The position numbers and the translations under genes were made by a program. DNA of 64,000 nucleotides, from IMG/VR virus record IMGVR_UViG_3300010356_000998, positions 1 through 64,000 of that record, one strand, 5' to 3'. This DNA comes from a virus. Taxonomy: Duplodnaviria > Caudoviricetes. The notes below the pieces were generated by a model. The model was not told the origin of the DNA and did no database searches. It saw only the letters and a program-made list of their open reading frames with translations. Of this stretch, positions 49,478 to 59,272 are shown in pieces (the first letter of the stretch is position 1; every line of letters begins with the position of its first letter).

Positions 49478-50308
49478 TTACTCATCACGCTTGATGAACC
49501 CGTTAGTCTCTGCACCTTCACTACAAGATCGTGTAGTGCTTGGCTCAATGTTAGCATGATTATTTGCTATTTCTCTGCATAGTTGTAAAAAGTCACTATT
49601 AGTCATATTGTTTTTCATTGTATTAACTCTTTTTGTGACCCACTGGACATTATCTTTAACATACCCTTTATCGGAATTTATTCTATCTAAAGAACACGTG
49701 TGCTTTACTCTATCTTCTTTATTATTAAATTTTGTATTCATTAATAATTCTCTTTGTGTATAAGCACATTTACCATTTTGATTATTCCACAATTCTTCCA
49801 AATATTCTGGTGTAAGATCAAATTCAAAACCTCTTAATTTAGCGTTTCTCTCAATAACTTTAAAATAAGTTAATGAAAGATTATTAGTTAACATTGTATT
49901 TCTTTTAGGTTTTTTTAAATTAGTATTAAAACAGTTATTACAATAAGAAAGTCCTTCCCCTTTACATTTTCTAGTTAATGTGGTATGACCTGTTCTGTAA
50001 ATATGGCCACAATCACATTGTACTTTATAAATAGTATTTCCTTTTTGAAGACCTTCACATTTCAATACTGTTAAATTTTGTACTTTGAATCCGTCAAAAT
50101 AAGTTTTTTTGTCTTTCCATCGCAATTTTCCAGAACACGAACGACATGATTTTGAAAACCCGTTTCGATTAATATAATGTTTTCCAAAAATATATTCTTT
50201 ATCACAAGTACATTTTAATACAAAATGATCTCTACCATTTTCTTTAAATGGTTCTGATACAACTGTCCAGTTGTTTACTTTACTTCCAATTTCTAAATTT
50301 CTTTGCAT
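49478..50308 (-). CDS. Intron-encoded HNH/His-Me-finger homing endonuclease
   Basis: Repeated CxC/CxxC DNA-binding units, then CAYT...SLDRINSDKGYVKDNVQWVTKRVNTMK. Confidence 0.85.
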   Translation of the reverse strand: MQRNLEIGSKVNNWTVVSEPFKENGRDHFVLKCTCDKEYIFGKHYINRNGFSKSCRSCSGKLRWKDKKTYFDGFKVQNLTVLKCEGLQKGNTIYKVQCDCGHIYRTGHTTLTRKCKGEGLSYCNNCFNTNLKKPKRNTMLTNNLSLTYFKVIERNAKLRGFEFDLTPEYLEELWNNQNGKCAYTQRELLMNTKFNNKEDRVKHTCSLDRINSDKGYVKDNVQWVTKRVNTMKNNMTNSDFLQLCREIANNHANIEPSTTRSCSEGAETNGFIKRDE

Positions 50309-50329
50309 ATTTTATGTATTTTTATTACA

Positions 50330-50358
50330 CAAAGATAATTAAAAATTGATTACTTCAA
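50330..50358 (-). promoter_or_regulatory. Bacteroidota-type sigma70 promoter for the intron endonuclease
   Basis: TTG-N18-TATCTTTG (TAnnTTTG -7 element) about 20 nt upstream of the endonuclease ATG. Confidence 0.55.
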
Positions 50359-50440
50359 CAGATAACTTACATTTAATTTTAGCCTTCTTTGAATTCATCC
50401 GATTTTCGATACACATTACTGTGTAAAGGCACAAGTTTTT

Positions 50441-51407
50441 ATGCTGTGAGTAGTATATTTTTGAATAATAGATTGAATAAATACTCTATTTTGCCAGTTA
50501 ATATCATTAGCTATTGAACCATACCAAGGAGACATTTTAAAACGTGCTTCTAATTCAGACTTTGGCATCATTTCTATAGAATACGATAATGGATCTGGAG
50601 CAGTTTTATTAATTTGAATTTGAAGCCAATCTTTAAATTTAGGATGAAGTACAGGATATTCCATCCAGTTATCTCCATTTTGATCTGTAAAATCTACTCT
50701 AACACCTGTTTCACCCGGATTAACTTTTTTACGACGCATGTAATATGGTGCAAATAAAGGTTCTAATCCAGAAGTTGTTTGTGTTAAAATACTTACAGAA
50801 CCAGTTGGAGCTACTGTAGACCATGATACATTACGACGTCCCCATTTTATCATTTTTAAAACTTTAAAATAAAAGTTTTCTACTAAAAATTGATAAAATT
50901 CATTACGTCCACTAATAATATCACCATCTATTTTAAATTCACTTTCAGCATCCCAATCTTTAAATGAACCCCTTAATATAGATAAATCAATACTACAATC
51001 TAGTTCTCCTGACATTTTAGTTTGCATCACTCTTTCAATAGTTTCCATAGCTTCTTTAGAATCATATTTTAATCCTAAAGCTGCTAACATATCACCTAAA
51101 GCAGTGAAACCACTACCCGTTCTTCTAGAACTTTCAGCAATATATCTTATATTTTGCCAAAGTTCTAATTCAGTACGTTTAACTGAATCATTTTCAGGAT
51201 CTTGATTGATTTTATCGATAATTCTATCAATGTGTTCTAATTCAAGATCAATTAAATTATCAGCTAATCGTTGTTGTTCATACGCCATTTTATAAAGACT
51301 TTCGTAATCTATTTGAGCATCTTTAGTAAATGGGTTCTTTACAAAGGAATAAAAATTAAGTGCTAATAAACGACAAGCATCATAAGCACTCATGAAAATT
51401 TCTCCAC
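50441..51407 (-). CDS. nrdJ: Class II ribonucleotide reductase, exon 2
   Basis: (C)GEIFMSAYDACRL, RRTGSG, RRN...TVAPTGS, TSGLEP. Confidence 0.9.
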
Positions 51408-51415
51408 CTTTTTAT

Positions 51416-52147
51416 CTACACTTTATTAATCATGTTTTTAAATTCATTATAATAATCTTTTTCTGTCCACAATTCATTCTTTTTAATTTTTTTAATGTTA
51501 GTACCATTATAATAAAAAATACCTTCTTGTGCAGGATACGAACAAATACACCTTATTGAAGAATTGTTAATACGACTTTTAAATTCTTCAACTGTAATTA
51601 ATTTAGGAAAGGTATCAATTGCAGTTTTTCCATAGTAATTATTCAAAAAACAATGATTAACATTTACTTTTTCAATATCTAACATTAAATTATGACAAAA
51701 TAAAAATACTTGTAAAGAATCTTCGTTTTTAAATAAATCTTTTTCTATTAATTCTAAAAATAAATTGTATACATCAAAATATGAATCATCAGAGTTATCA
51801 TTAGTATGTTTAGGACTTACAAAATAACCTTCATAAGCAAATCTAATAAACATACCTAATAAAGTTAATTCAATAATTTTTGAATCGTTTTTTACATGTA
51901 CTTCTATTCTTTCACAATCTTTATTATCAATAATTTCAGTTATACAATCTATGAAATTAGATTTAATAATATTTAAATATTTCATAAATTTATCATAATT
52001 TTCTATTTTAACATATTCTATTATAATTGCTACAGGATCTGCAGAAGGAACAGTATAATCATGAGCAAACGAATGAAAACAAGCTTCGTTGGTATGTGTG
52101 TTAATTTCGCCTTTTACTTTTTTAATAAAACTTGAATTGTATGACAT
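51416..52147 (-). CDS. Intron-borne hypothetical protein (~243 aa) with no recognisable endonuclease motif
   Basis: The ORF is looped out after P7/P9; the probable start is MSYNSS at 52147. Confidence 0.6.
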   Translation of the reverse strand: MSYNSSFIKKVKGEINTHTNEACFHSFAHDYTVPSADPVAIIIEYVKIENYDKFMKYLNIIKSNFIDCITEIIDNKDCERIEVHVKNDSKIIELTLLGMFIRFAYEGYFVSPKHTNDNSDDSYFDVYNLFLELIEKDLFKNEDSLQVFLFCHNLMLDIEKVNVNHCFLNNYYGKTAIDTFPKLITVEEFKSRINNSSIRCICSYPAQEGIFYYNGTNIKKIKKNELWTEKDYYNEFKNMINKV

Positions 52148-52184
52148 AATAACATGATTTGAGTTATTTGTAGTTTGGACTGTA

Positions 52185-52553
52185 TCATAAACTTGCATTA
52201 AGTTTTTCCTTGTCAGTCTCTCGCGGCTTATTGATTAAATTGTCTATGATTTCTTTTAAGATAGCTTTTTCGTCAATGTTAAAGCTATTAGTTAATGTAA
52301 GTATTCTATTTAGTTTATTTAACAATTTATATTCAATCTGTCCGACGGGATTGACCTCTCCAGGTGTTTCCCCGTTAGCCTTATTCAGACCCTCAATTTT
52401 TTGAGATTCGGAATTTTTGTTAAATGGATTATCTTGATATACAATATTTTCAAGTTTCGTAAGTCTATCATAAAGTTCTTGTATTTGTTTTTGAAAGAGT
52501 TTTTCATTTCTGTCAATTCTTTCAAATTGTTTAATATTAAATTGTTGACTCAT
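52185..52553 (-). CDS. Intron-borne 122-aa coiled-coil ORF overlapping the ribozyme core
   Basis: Open frame from after P2 through elements P, Q, R and P8. Confidence 0.5.
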   Translation of the reverse strand: MSQQFNIKQFERIDRNEKLFQKQIQELYDRLTKLENIVYQDNPFNKNSESQKIEGLNKANGETPGEVNPVGQIEYKLLNKLNRILTLTNSFNIDEKAILKEIIDNLINKPRETDKEKLNASL

Positions 52554-52606
52554 AATCTATTTAACTTTCCATAAGTATCACTACTTACAGCCGCATGGTA
52601 TGTTTT

Positions 52607-53486
52607 ACGGATTTGTGGTTACCCCTTTGTATTTTGGATAAACTGTATCAGGAGAATAATCCCAGTGTCTATCTACAAATAATATTCCGGGTTCTGCTGT
52701 ACTATGTGCAGCTTCTATCATCTTATCCCAAAGTTCTCGTGCTTTTATTTCTTTAGTAATAGATGGATTATCTGAATCGCAAGGCCATCTCAATGTATAA
52801 TTTGTATTTTGTTTAACAGCTTGCATAAAGTCATCTCTTACCATTACTGAAATATTAGCTCCAGTTACTTTAGTTAGATCTTTTTTAATAGTTATAAAAT
52901 GTTCAACATCAGGATGTCGAACGTCTATGCTTAACATTAAAGCACCTCTACGGCCATTTTGTGCTACTTCTCTTGTACTATTAGAAAATCTCTCCATAAA
53001 ACTAACTGCTCCTGTAGAAGTACCAGCAGCATTAGTTACAGGTGTATTATTTGGTCTCAATGTAGAAATATCAAGACCTACACCACCTCTTCTTTTCATT
53101 AACTGAACTAATTGCTCGTCTTTTTGAAGAATACCTCCATAAGAATCTTCAGGTTGCCCTACCACAAAACAGTTACTTAAAGATCCTATTTTTTTAGAAC
53201 CTAGCATTGACATTATAGATCCTTGTGGTACAACATACTTAAAGTGTTTAAACAAATCATAAATACGTTCTTCTGAAAGATATTCTCTTTCTTGTCCATA
53301 TTTACTTAATTCTGTTCTGTTTTCGGAGTTTTCTTCTTTTTCTTTGTAATTAGATTCAATTCTAGCAAATTCTTTTGCCATTCTTTTGTGCATGTCATCG
53401 GGAGTCGTTTCTCCTTCTTGAGCATACTTTCCTTGCCATACTGACATGGCTAATTCATCTTGATTAAAGTAATTGGATAATGACAT
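52607..53486 (-). CDS. nrdJ: Class II ribonucleotide reductase, exon 1
   Basis: SLSNCFV, RRGGVG, GRRGA, TGANISV, AEPG, TTNP. The three exons total 2505 nt = 834 aa. Confidence 0.92.
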
Positions 53487-53489
53487 ATA

Positions 53490-55337
53490 TTAAAATAAAG
53501 TAGGTTTTTTATCAAATAATGATAATTCTTCTTTTACATTTTTTATATAAAAATTGTAATTAATATCATAATTTAAAGCATTAGTATCTGTGATAGTATT
53601 CAATAGTGTTTGATACCATGCTTTACCTTTGATAGATGGGGCATTTAGATATTCACTTCTACCATCGTTATATAACTTTTTAAATACACTACCTTTATTA
53701 GAGATAATATATCTAATTGTTTTATGTAATGGTTTTTTATTTGCGTTCTTATCATATTCGTATAATTCAGCTCCTTGTCTTACTCTAATACCAAAACAAA
53801 AATCGAATATATTACTATGTTCTTTAATTGTTTTTTCTATTGGAGTGTTATATAAAAACCAGTTATAAACAGCTATTCTTTCAATTAATGATGATTTATT
53901 TTTATGTAAAGGAATATTTTCTATTTCATAAGCACCTTTACATTTAGTTTTACCATTTGTATAAACTGCGATATAGTTATTTACATCTCTAATCATCATT
54001 TTTGAATAGTATGCATATTCTAATTGAAGTTTTGTAATAGATTCCCATTCTTTACAAATATCATAATACATAGATTCATACTCTTTTTTTAATTTAAGAG
54101 TTAAACCATCTGTATTTATTTGAATAAGTGTACTATCTGGAATATTCATTAACTTTTCAGCTAACATTGTAAGCATAAGTTGACCATTTATAGTAGTTGT
54201 ATAAGTATATTTAGGATCATACAACCAACTAGTAGATTCATTACTTTTACCGTACACACTATTAGCAGCTTCTTTTAGTCCAGCAATAATAGCTTTATCC
54301 CCATCTGGTTTAGCTTTTTCAGCTAATCTTACAGCAACAATATCATTATTATAAATAGTAGCAAAATCTTCTCCTAAATGTTCAGGATATAGTTTATTTA
54401 CTACCGCAATACTTGGATATAGACTTGCTACATCAGCATCTATTATAATATAATCATCTTCTGCAGATATAATGATATTTTTTAAACTACCGTGAATACC
54501 ACCCAATCCATAATCAAATTGAAAATGTTTATAAATAGCGGATTTTGAAATAGAACTTTCAGAATTAATATTTAAATTTTTAAAATATTCTAATAATTCA
54601 TTAAATTCTTTTGATTCAAATTTAATGTAATCAAATATAATGTCTGATAATTTAATATTACTTCTATAAGTTCTTAAATCTCTTACATTCCATTTATTTA
54701 ATCCACATTTGTTAGAATATAATTCTAACATTAAATCACTTCCTATTTTTGAATTACTAGCATTTAAAAAATTTAATTTATATTTTTCTGTCAAGTTAAT
54801 TCTTAACTCTATTTCTTTTTTATTTTTATTAAATAAACTTTCAGTAGAATTAACGTCATTAATACAATATTGTATTATTTTATCAGCTTCTTCTCTATTA
54901 CTAATTGGTTTGAAAAAAGGCATGTCTTCTATGTTAGGCCAATCTATCATATACTGACACCATTTTAAACCAACTCTTCTGTTTTTATTATCTAAATGTA
55001 ATATTTTATAAATGTCAAGATTAAAAATATGAAAATCTTTTACTTTATAAGGTTTCCTATCTTGTTCTATTAAATATGTTTGAACAAAATTAAATATTTC
55101 TTCAGCTGATTTTTCAATACTCCAAATGTATTCTATAACTTGAGCATCAAAATCTAAATTATTAAATCCTCGCAATGCTTTTACTTCATTACGTAAAAAT
55201 GCCCATAGAGGCTCATAATCGTCTCTGTAAGGCGATATCTCAAACACTCTGTAATCTTCTTCGTCTTTTGCTTTAAATACAGCACAAAAGAAATTAGGTA
55301 GTGTTTCGAGGTCATACGTCCAAACTTTTTTAATCAT
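53490..55337 (-). CDS. polB: Family B DNA polymerase with 3'-5' exonuclease
   Basis: YDLET, FNNLDFD, YCIND, DVASLYP, KEAANSVYGK, NTDG. Confidence 0.92.
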   Translation of the reverse strand: MIKKVWTYDLETLPNFFCAVFKAKDEEDYRVFEISPYRDDYEPLWAFLRNEVKALRGFNNLDFDAQVIEYIWSIEKSAEEIFNFVQTYLIEQDRKPYKVKDFHIFNLDIYKILHLDNKNRRVGLKWCQYMIDWPNIEDMPFFKPISNREEADKIIQYCINDVNSTESLFNKNKKEIELRINLTEKYKLNFLNASNSKIGSDLMLELYSNKCGLNKWNVRDLRTYRSNIKLSDIIFDYIKFESKEFNELLEYFKNLNINSESSISKSAIYKHFQFDYGLGGIHGSLKNIIISAEDDYIIIDADVASLYPSIAVVNKLYPEHLGEDFATIYNNDIVAVRLAEKAKPDGDKAIIAGLKEAANSVYGKSNESTSWLYDPKYTYTTTINGQLMLTMLAEKLMNIPDSTLIQINTDGLTLKLKKEYESMYYDICKEWESITKLQLEYAYYSKMMIRDVNNYIAVYTNGKTKCKGAYEIENIPLHKNKSSLIERIAVYNWFLYNTPIEKTIKEHSNIFDFCFGIRVRQGAELYEYDKNANKKPLHKTIRYIISNKGSVFKKLYNDGRSEYLNAPSIKGKAWYQTLLNTITDTNALNYDINYNFYIKNVKEELSLFDKKPTLF

Positions 55338-55860
55338 TTAATAATTCAATGACTTTATGTTTGATCGCACAATTTTTCCAAGCTTTATAAGTTAACCAAT
55401 CAGGAGTTTCTAATCTTCTTAAATAAAGTTGAACAGCCAGTCTTAATTCAGCATGTTCAAAGTTATTTAATAAATCAAATTTTTCTTTTAACTTATTAAT
55501 TTTGGTTTGAAGTTTTCGTTCTTCAGATTTTAAATGCCAATTAATAGCATCACGATAATTACTAGTAGTGTATGCTTTTATACCATCAGTATGATAATTA
55601 GGTGGGTCTTCAATAGGTTTTTCTACATAATCTACAGGATCGGTAGATCCAACGACTTGTTCATAAGGAACTCTAAATACACCTCTAATTCTCATACCGT
55701 CTTCTGTCAAACACTCATAAATTTCTCCAGCATATTCTTCTCCATTAACAACTTTTTTTTCTATATGTCCTTTCCAACCTCTTAATCCGAGGTATTTCAT
55801 TTTCTTAACATATTTAGGCTGTCCTTTTTGACTAGCCCATCTAGAATACAGTAAATCCAT
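55330..55860 (-). CDS. Hypothetical protein
   Basis: 176-aa ORF in operon. Confidence 0.5.
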   Translation of the reverse strand: MDLLYSRWASQKGQPKYVKKMKYLGLRGWKGHIEKKVVNGEEYAGEIYECLTEDGMRIRGVFRVPYEQVVGSTDPVDYVEKPIEDPPNYHTDGIKAYTTSNYRDAINWHLKSEERKLQTKINKLKEKFDLLNNFEHAELRLAVQLYLRRLETPDWLTYKAWKNCAIKHKVIELLND

Positions 55861-56459
55861 TAAGTTTTAATCATTTCATATTGATCGATAAAAGTTTGAA
55901 TTTGATTGTTATTTTTAGCTCGTTTAATTTGAAATTTTAATAAATCTTCTTTTGTAATAACATTATCTTTATTCAAATCTAAAGCAGCTAAATATTTATT
56001 AGTTACTCTACTTAAAATAGTTTTATTGTATCTACTTGGTGCAAAATGTAATATATGTAAATCTATACTATTTTTAACAGCTGCTAGATATCTTTTATTA
56101 CAATTTCTTAAATATTTTTCGTAATATAATAGTTGTTCAGATAATGTTAAACTATCTAGTTTAGGAATGTTAAGTGCTTGTCTAGTAGCTTCAGTAAGTT
56201 GAAACACACCTATTTGACTAGATGCTGTATTTATTCCTTTACCATACGCATTCGGTTTTAAATTACTTTCTGCGTAATGTACTATCATACTAGCAATTGC
56301 AAACTCGTAAGGATCTATTGTTAATACATCCTGCATTCTTTTTCCTACTTCTACATAACAATTGAATATACTATTTTCTTCAATTGTAATTTCAGATACT
56401 GTTCCAGTTTCTTTTCTTGGAAGAAAAATCATGATTAGAATTAAAAGTATATGTTTCAT
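55860..56459 (-). CDS. Lysozyme-like / lytic transglycosylase with an N-terminal membrane/signal segment
   Basis: AESNLKPNA...IGVFQL (SLT-like) and an EF-hand-like LDLNKDNVITKED. Confidence 0.65.
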   Translation of the reverse strand: MKHILLILIMIFLPRKETGTVSEITIEENSIFNCYVEVGKRMQDVLTIDPYEFAIASMIVHYAESNLKPNAYGKGINTASSQIGVFQLTEATRQALNIPKLDSLTLSEQLLYYEKYLRNCNKRYLAAVKNSIDLHILHFAPSRYNKTILSRVTNKYLAALDLNKDNVITKEDLLKFQIKRAKNNNQIQTFIDQYEMIKT

Positions 56460-56478
56460 AATAATTATAAATCAATCC

Positions 56479-56530
56479 ATAAAAGGTAAAGAAAAAAGGT
56501 TTAGACGGGGAATAACCCTATCTAAACCTT
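56479..56530 (-). terminator. Intrinsic terminator ending the early-gene transcript
   Basis: AAGGTTTAGA...TCTAAACCTT hairpin followed on the - strand by TTTTCTTTACCTTTTAT. Confidence 0.75.
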
Positions 56531-56535
56531 AATAT

Positions 56536-56997
56536 TTATTTCTTTTTAGACTGTGTTTTATTCATGATCCAATTTGCAATTTCTTGCAAGTTTGGAATCA
56601 ATGATTCATTTTTACCTTGAGTAATTTGCTGATCTCCAATATGCTCACGAAGAGCATTGGCACCAGCAAAGAAACAGGCGAAAGCTGCGTTGATGTTAGC
56701 TCTTGCGAGTCTATTGAGATCAGGTGTGTCTGAAGTAGCTGCCAGTGCTACTTTTCGACCGAAATTAGTCAATCGAAGTGGTTCTCCATTTTTTAGTTCA
56801 AGATAACCGGCTTCTGTCAGATCATTCAAAGCGTTTTCCAACAATTCTGAGTGATCTTTTGCACCTTCTCCAAAAATAATGTCATCGCAAAACTTACTTT
56901 CTGCTACTTCTTTTTCTTTCGGTTCTTGTGAAAGAAAGAAAGAAATGAGTAATGCGGTTGAAAACAGGTTTCTTTTTTTTTTAAATGTTTCTGTCAT
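56536..56997 (-). CDS. Hypothetical protein (possible winged-helix)
   Basis: ALNDLTEAGYL...LRLTNFGR resembles a wHTH wing. Confidence 0.5.
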   Translation of the reverse strand: MTETFKKKRNLFSTALLISFFLSQEPKEKEVAESKFCDDIIFGEGAKDHSELLENALNDLTEAGYLELKNGEPLRLTNFGRKVALAATSDTPDLNRLARANINAAFACFFAGANALREHIGDQQITQGKNESLIPNLQEIANWIMNKTQSKKK

Positions 56998-57081
56998 GTT
57001 AAGAAATTTAAGTAATAAATAAGAAGCTGGGTTTTGTTTTTGTTAGTAGCGATACAAAACCAGCAATGAAAAAACGCTAGG

Positions 57082-57167
57082 TACTCCGAGCGAGACTCGA
57101 ACTCGCAAGAAGCTTACGCCTCCAAGGGATTTTAAGTCCCTCGTGTATACCATTCCACCACCGGAGC
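57082..57167 (-). tRNA. tRNA-Leu(TAA)
   Basis: Cloverleaf GCTCCGG...AGGGA-CTTAAAA-TCCCT with a long variable arm and TTCGAGT loop. Confidence 0.92.
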
Positions 57168-57232
57168 GAAAAATGTCAGATTAAAACCTATAATTAGGAA
57201 ACTTCTTCTGACAAAAGTTTTATTTTTTGTAA

Positions 57233-57757
57233 TTAGTTTACATTAAAAGCATCCGCTTCTTCTTCCACTTTTGCTGGAGTAAACGCATCTGCAGCTACAG
57301 ATCCGTTATGAGTGATAAAAGTGTGCCGTGCTTCAGAAGCAGGCGTCAAAGAAACTTCACGGTAAATTGGAGACCCGTCTTTCAAAAGAACCTCATTAGT
57401 TTGAGGATTGATTTTTGGAGTTGGGTTTTTGCGAGCTGGATTTGGCGTCAAAGATTCGGTAACCTGCAATTGAAACTCAATCCCAGCTTCAGCTTCAATA
57501 TTTTCAATTGTGGGCCATTCAGCTTGCGGTTTGTTGCTATAATCAGCGTCCGTTGTTCCGAAATATTTCATTGCCTGTTCTTCGCTAAAAGAAACTACAG
57601 CGACTGCTTTTGTTTCACCCGTGATGCCTTGCGTAATTGAAAGAAGCGGATTGCTTGAACCTTTGAAAGTTTGTTGCAGCATCACATTTACTTGGTTTTT
57701 GTCAGAATTAGCGTTTGGCCAAATGCGACGTACCTGAACTTTAGAGAATGGTTTCAT
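57233..57757 (-). CDS. Conserved crAss-like hypothetical protein
   Basis: PKINPQTNEVLLKDGSPIYR motif; higher-GC codon usage. Confidence 0.6.
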   Translation of the reverse strand: MKPFSKVQVRRIWPNANSDKNQVNVMLQQTFKGSSNPLLSITQGITGETKAVAVVSFSEEQAMKYFGTTDADYSNKPQAEWPTIENIEAEAGIEFQLQVTESLTPNPARKNPTPKINPQTNEVLLKDGSPIYREVSLTPASEARHTFITHNGSVAADAFTPAKVEEEADAFNVN

Positions 57758-57800
57758 GTGTGAAAAAGTTGAAATTGTTAAGAGTTATATGGACTGTATT

Positions 57801-58178
57801 CTATTCAGAATCTACAAATCCATATTTTTTGAGTTTTTTTGAATTTTCATAGGCGAATTCGACAATAGTTTTATTGTCTTCATAGCCTATTACCCGGAAC
57901 TTTTCTTGTTTCGGTTTAACAGTTATTCGTTTCTCTTTTTTAGAAAGAGATTTAATAAACTCTTTTTGATACTCAGCTTTAACATCTTCAGAAATATTTT
58001 CTTCTGATATTTTACTGATCAGCATTTGCTGTTTCATCAATTGAGCTGAATTTTCTTGATACTGTTGTTTAGCGATAGCATCATCATGGTTGTTTAAAAA
58101 TTTACCATTAAATACTTTCCCAACAGGTTTCAGAAAATTATTTACTATAAATTTATTATCTTTTCTATATATAATCAT
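57801..58178 (-). CDS. Hypothetical protein
   Basis: Start moved to MIIYRK because the longer ORF overlaps tRNA-Tyr. Confidence 0.5.
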   Translation of the reverse strand: MIIYRKDNKFIVNNFLKPVGKVFNGKFLNNHDDAIAKQQYQENSAQLMKQQMLISKISEENISEDVKAEYQKEFIKSLSKKEKRITVKPKQEKFRVIGYEDNKTIVEFAYENSKKLKKYGFVDSE

Positions 58179-58192
58179 AAAATATAATTTAG

Positions 58193-58276
58193 TGCCGGTT
58201 GATGGATTCGAACCACCCGAACGATTAAGTACCTGAGTTACAGTCAGACCCGCGACCATTTACGGAATAAACCGGC
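58193..58276 (-). tRNA. tRNA-Tyr(GTA)
   Basis: GCCGGTT/AACCGGC acceptor, TCTGA-CTGTAAC-TCAGG anticodon arm, long variable arm. Confidence 0.9.
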
Positions 58277-58327
58277 ATTAAAATCTTACAGTTTTTACAA
58301 CTATAAGAATTATTAATTTTGATTAAA

Positions 58328-58897
58328 CTATTTATAAATTCCTTGTGATAGTACAGTAGGGATGTATGTTACGTACATTTTACAAAATTGAGGATATAAT
58401 TCTAATAATCCTTTTAATGCTTTTTCAGCATCATATTTTGTTTCATATACGCCATAATGAGTGATCCAGTTACCATCTTGTAATTGACTTACTAAAAAAT
58501 CTTTTGGTCTATTTTTAGCTGGAGTTTTTAAATATTCAAATCTAACAGTCCAACAATTACCATAAGACATTTTTCTAACTTTAGTACCAGTTTCAATAGT
58601 ATCTACAGATAAAATTTGAATAATGTTGTAACAACCGTCAAGAATTGCATTAATACGCACTTCTTTAGTTTTTTCTACAATATCATCTTGATTTTCATAA
58701 TAATGTAATACACCTGTATATTTAGGGTGTTTTGTACTACAAATATCTGGTTTGTAGTTTTTAGGAGTTGTGATAGATACGGAATACATTGCTGGACTAG
58801 GATTTGAACTAGTTTCAACAATAGGTGGACAATATACTTGACTGTAAATATGTACAGTCTGAAGTATTGAAATAAGAATAAAAATAATCTTTTTCAT
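58328..58897 (-). CDS. Secreted protein with a possible C-terminal SPOR-like domain
   Basis: Signal peptide MKKIIFILIS...; C-terminal YGVYETKYDAEKALKGL. Confidence 0.5.
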   Translation of the reverse strand: MKKIIFILISILQTVHIYSQVYCPPIVETSSNPSPAMYSVSITTPKNYKPDICSTKHPKYTGVLHYYENQDDIVEKTKEVRINAILDGCYNIIQILSVDTIETGTKVRKMSYGNCWTVRFEYLKTPAKNRPKDFLVSQLQDGNWITHYGVYETKYDAEKALKGLLELYPQFCKMYVTYIPTVLSQGIYK

Positions 58898-58911
58898 TGT
58901 TTAATTTTTAG

Positions 58912-58984
58912 TGATCCCGACAGGGGTCGAACCTGTAGCCTACAGATTAGAAATCTGTTGCACTATCCTTTGTGCTACGGGACC
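58912..58984 (-). tRNA. tRNA-Arg(TCT)
   Basis: GGTCCCG/CGGGATC acceptor and ACAGA-TTTCTAA-TCTGT anticodon arm. Confidence 0.92.
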
Positions 58985-58991
58985 AGGTTAT

Positions 58992-59141
58992 TTAATGTTT
59001 ACAACTACCGTCACAATCTGCAACAACTTTACATCGTTTTACACAATGCCAAGTTATTTTTAACAATGGTTTACAAATACATGGAAATTGATGTCCATTA
59101 ATTGTAACCCAACCAGTATCGTCACAAAGTTTACATTTCAT
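58992..59141 (-). CDS. 49-aa Cys-rich microprotein (not in ORF track)
   Basis: MKCKLCDDTGWVTINGHQFPCICKPLLKITWHCVKRCKVVADCDGSCKH* fills the gap between two tRNAs. Confidence 0.6.
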   Translation of the reverse strand: MKCKLCDDTGWVTINGHQFPCICKPLLKITWHCVKRCKVVADCDGSCKH

Positions 59142-59156
59142 ATAAATTTATTTTAG

Positions 59157-59229
59157 TGGGCCCAGCAGGACTTGAACCTACAACCCTCAAATTATGAGTT
59201 TGGCGCTCTACCGATTGAGCTATGGGCCC
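59157..59229 (-). tRNA. tRNA with CAT anticodon, probably Ile2
   Basis: GGGCCCA/TGGGCCC acceptor and CTCATAA loop; the acceptor is Ile2-like. Confidence 0.85.
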
Positions 59230-59272
59230 GGTGTTTTAATACACACTTTTAATTGTAATATAATATTTTTGA

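Larger units (their letters stand above)
49402..50440 (-). mobile_element. Group I intron in nrdJ (second intron) with an HNH-type endonuclease
   Basis: The exon ends ...AGCAT, with P1 GCAU/GUGC and P10 ACUU/AAGU. R is GCAGAGACTAAC and S is TGATATAGTCC; terminal G at 49402. Splicing yields HSI-SSTINLP. Confidence 0.92.
51408..52606 (-). mobile_element. Group I intron in nrdJ (first intron), splitting the catalytic Cys codon and carrying two ORFs
   Basis: Exon CCGT joined to GTGGAGAA restores NPCGE. P1 CCGU/GCGG, P10 CCAU/GUGG, P2 CTGTAAGTA-GTGA-TACTTATGG. P CTAACGGGGAAAC, Q AATCCCGTCGG, P7 GACUG/CAGUC, P8 AAACTT/AAGTTT. Terminal G at 51408. Confidence 0.88.

Noticed and set aside
48744-53486. 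nrdJ as a pseudogene, a split gene or an intein-containing gene
   Set aside because: Both interruptions have group I splice-site pairings and core elements, and their removal restores the frame and catalytic motifs. There are no intein Cys/His-Asn ends.
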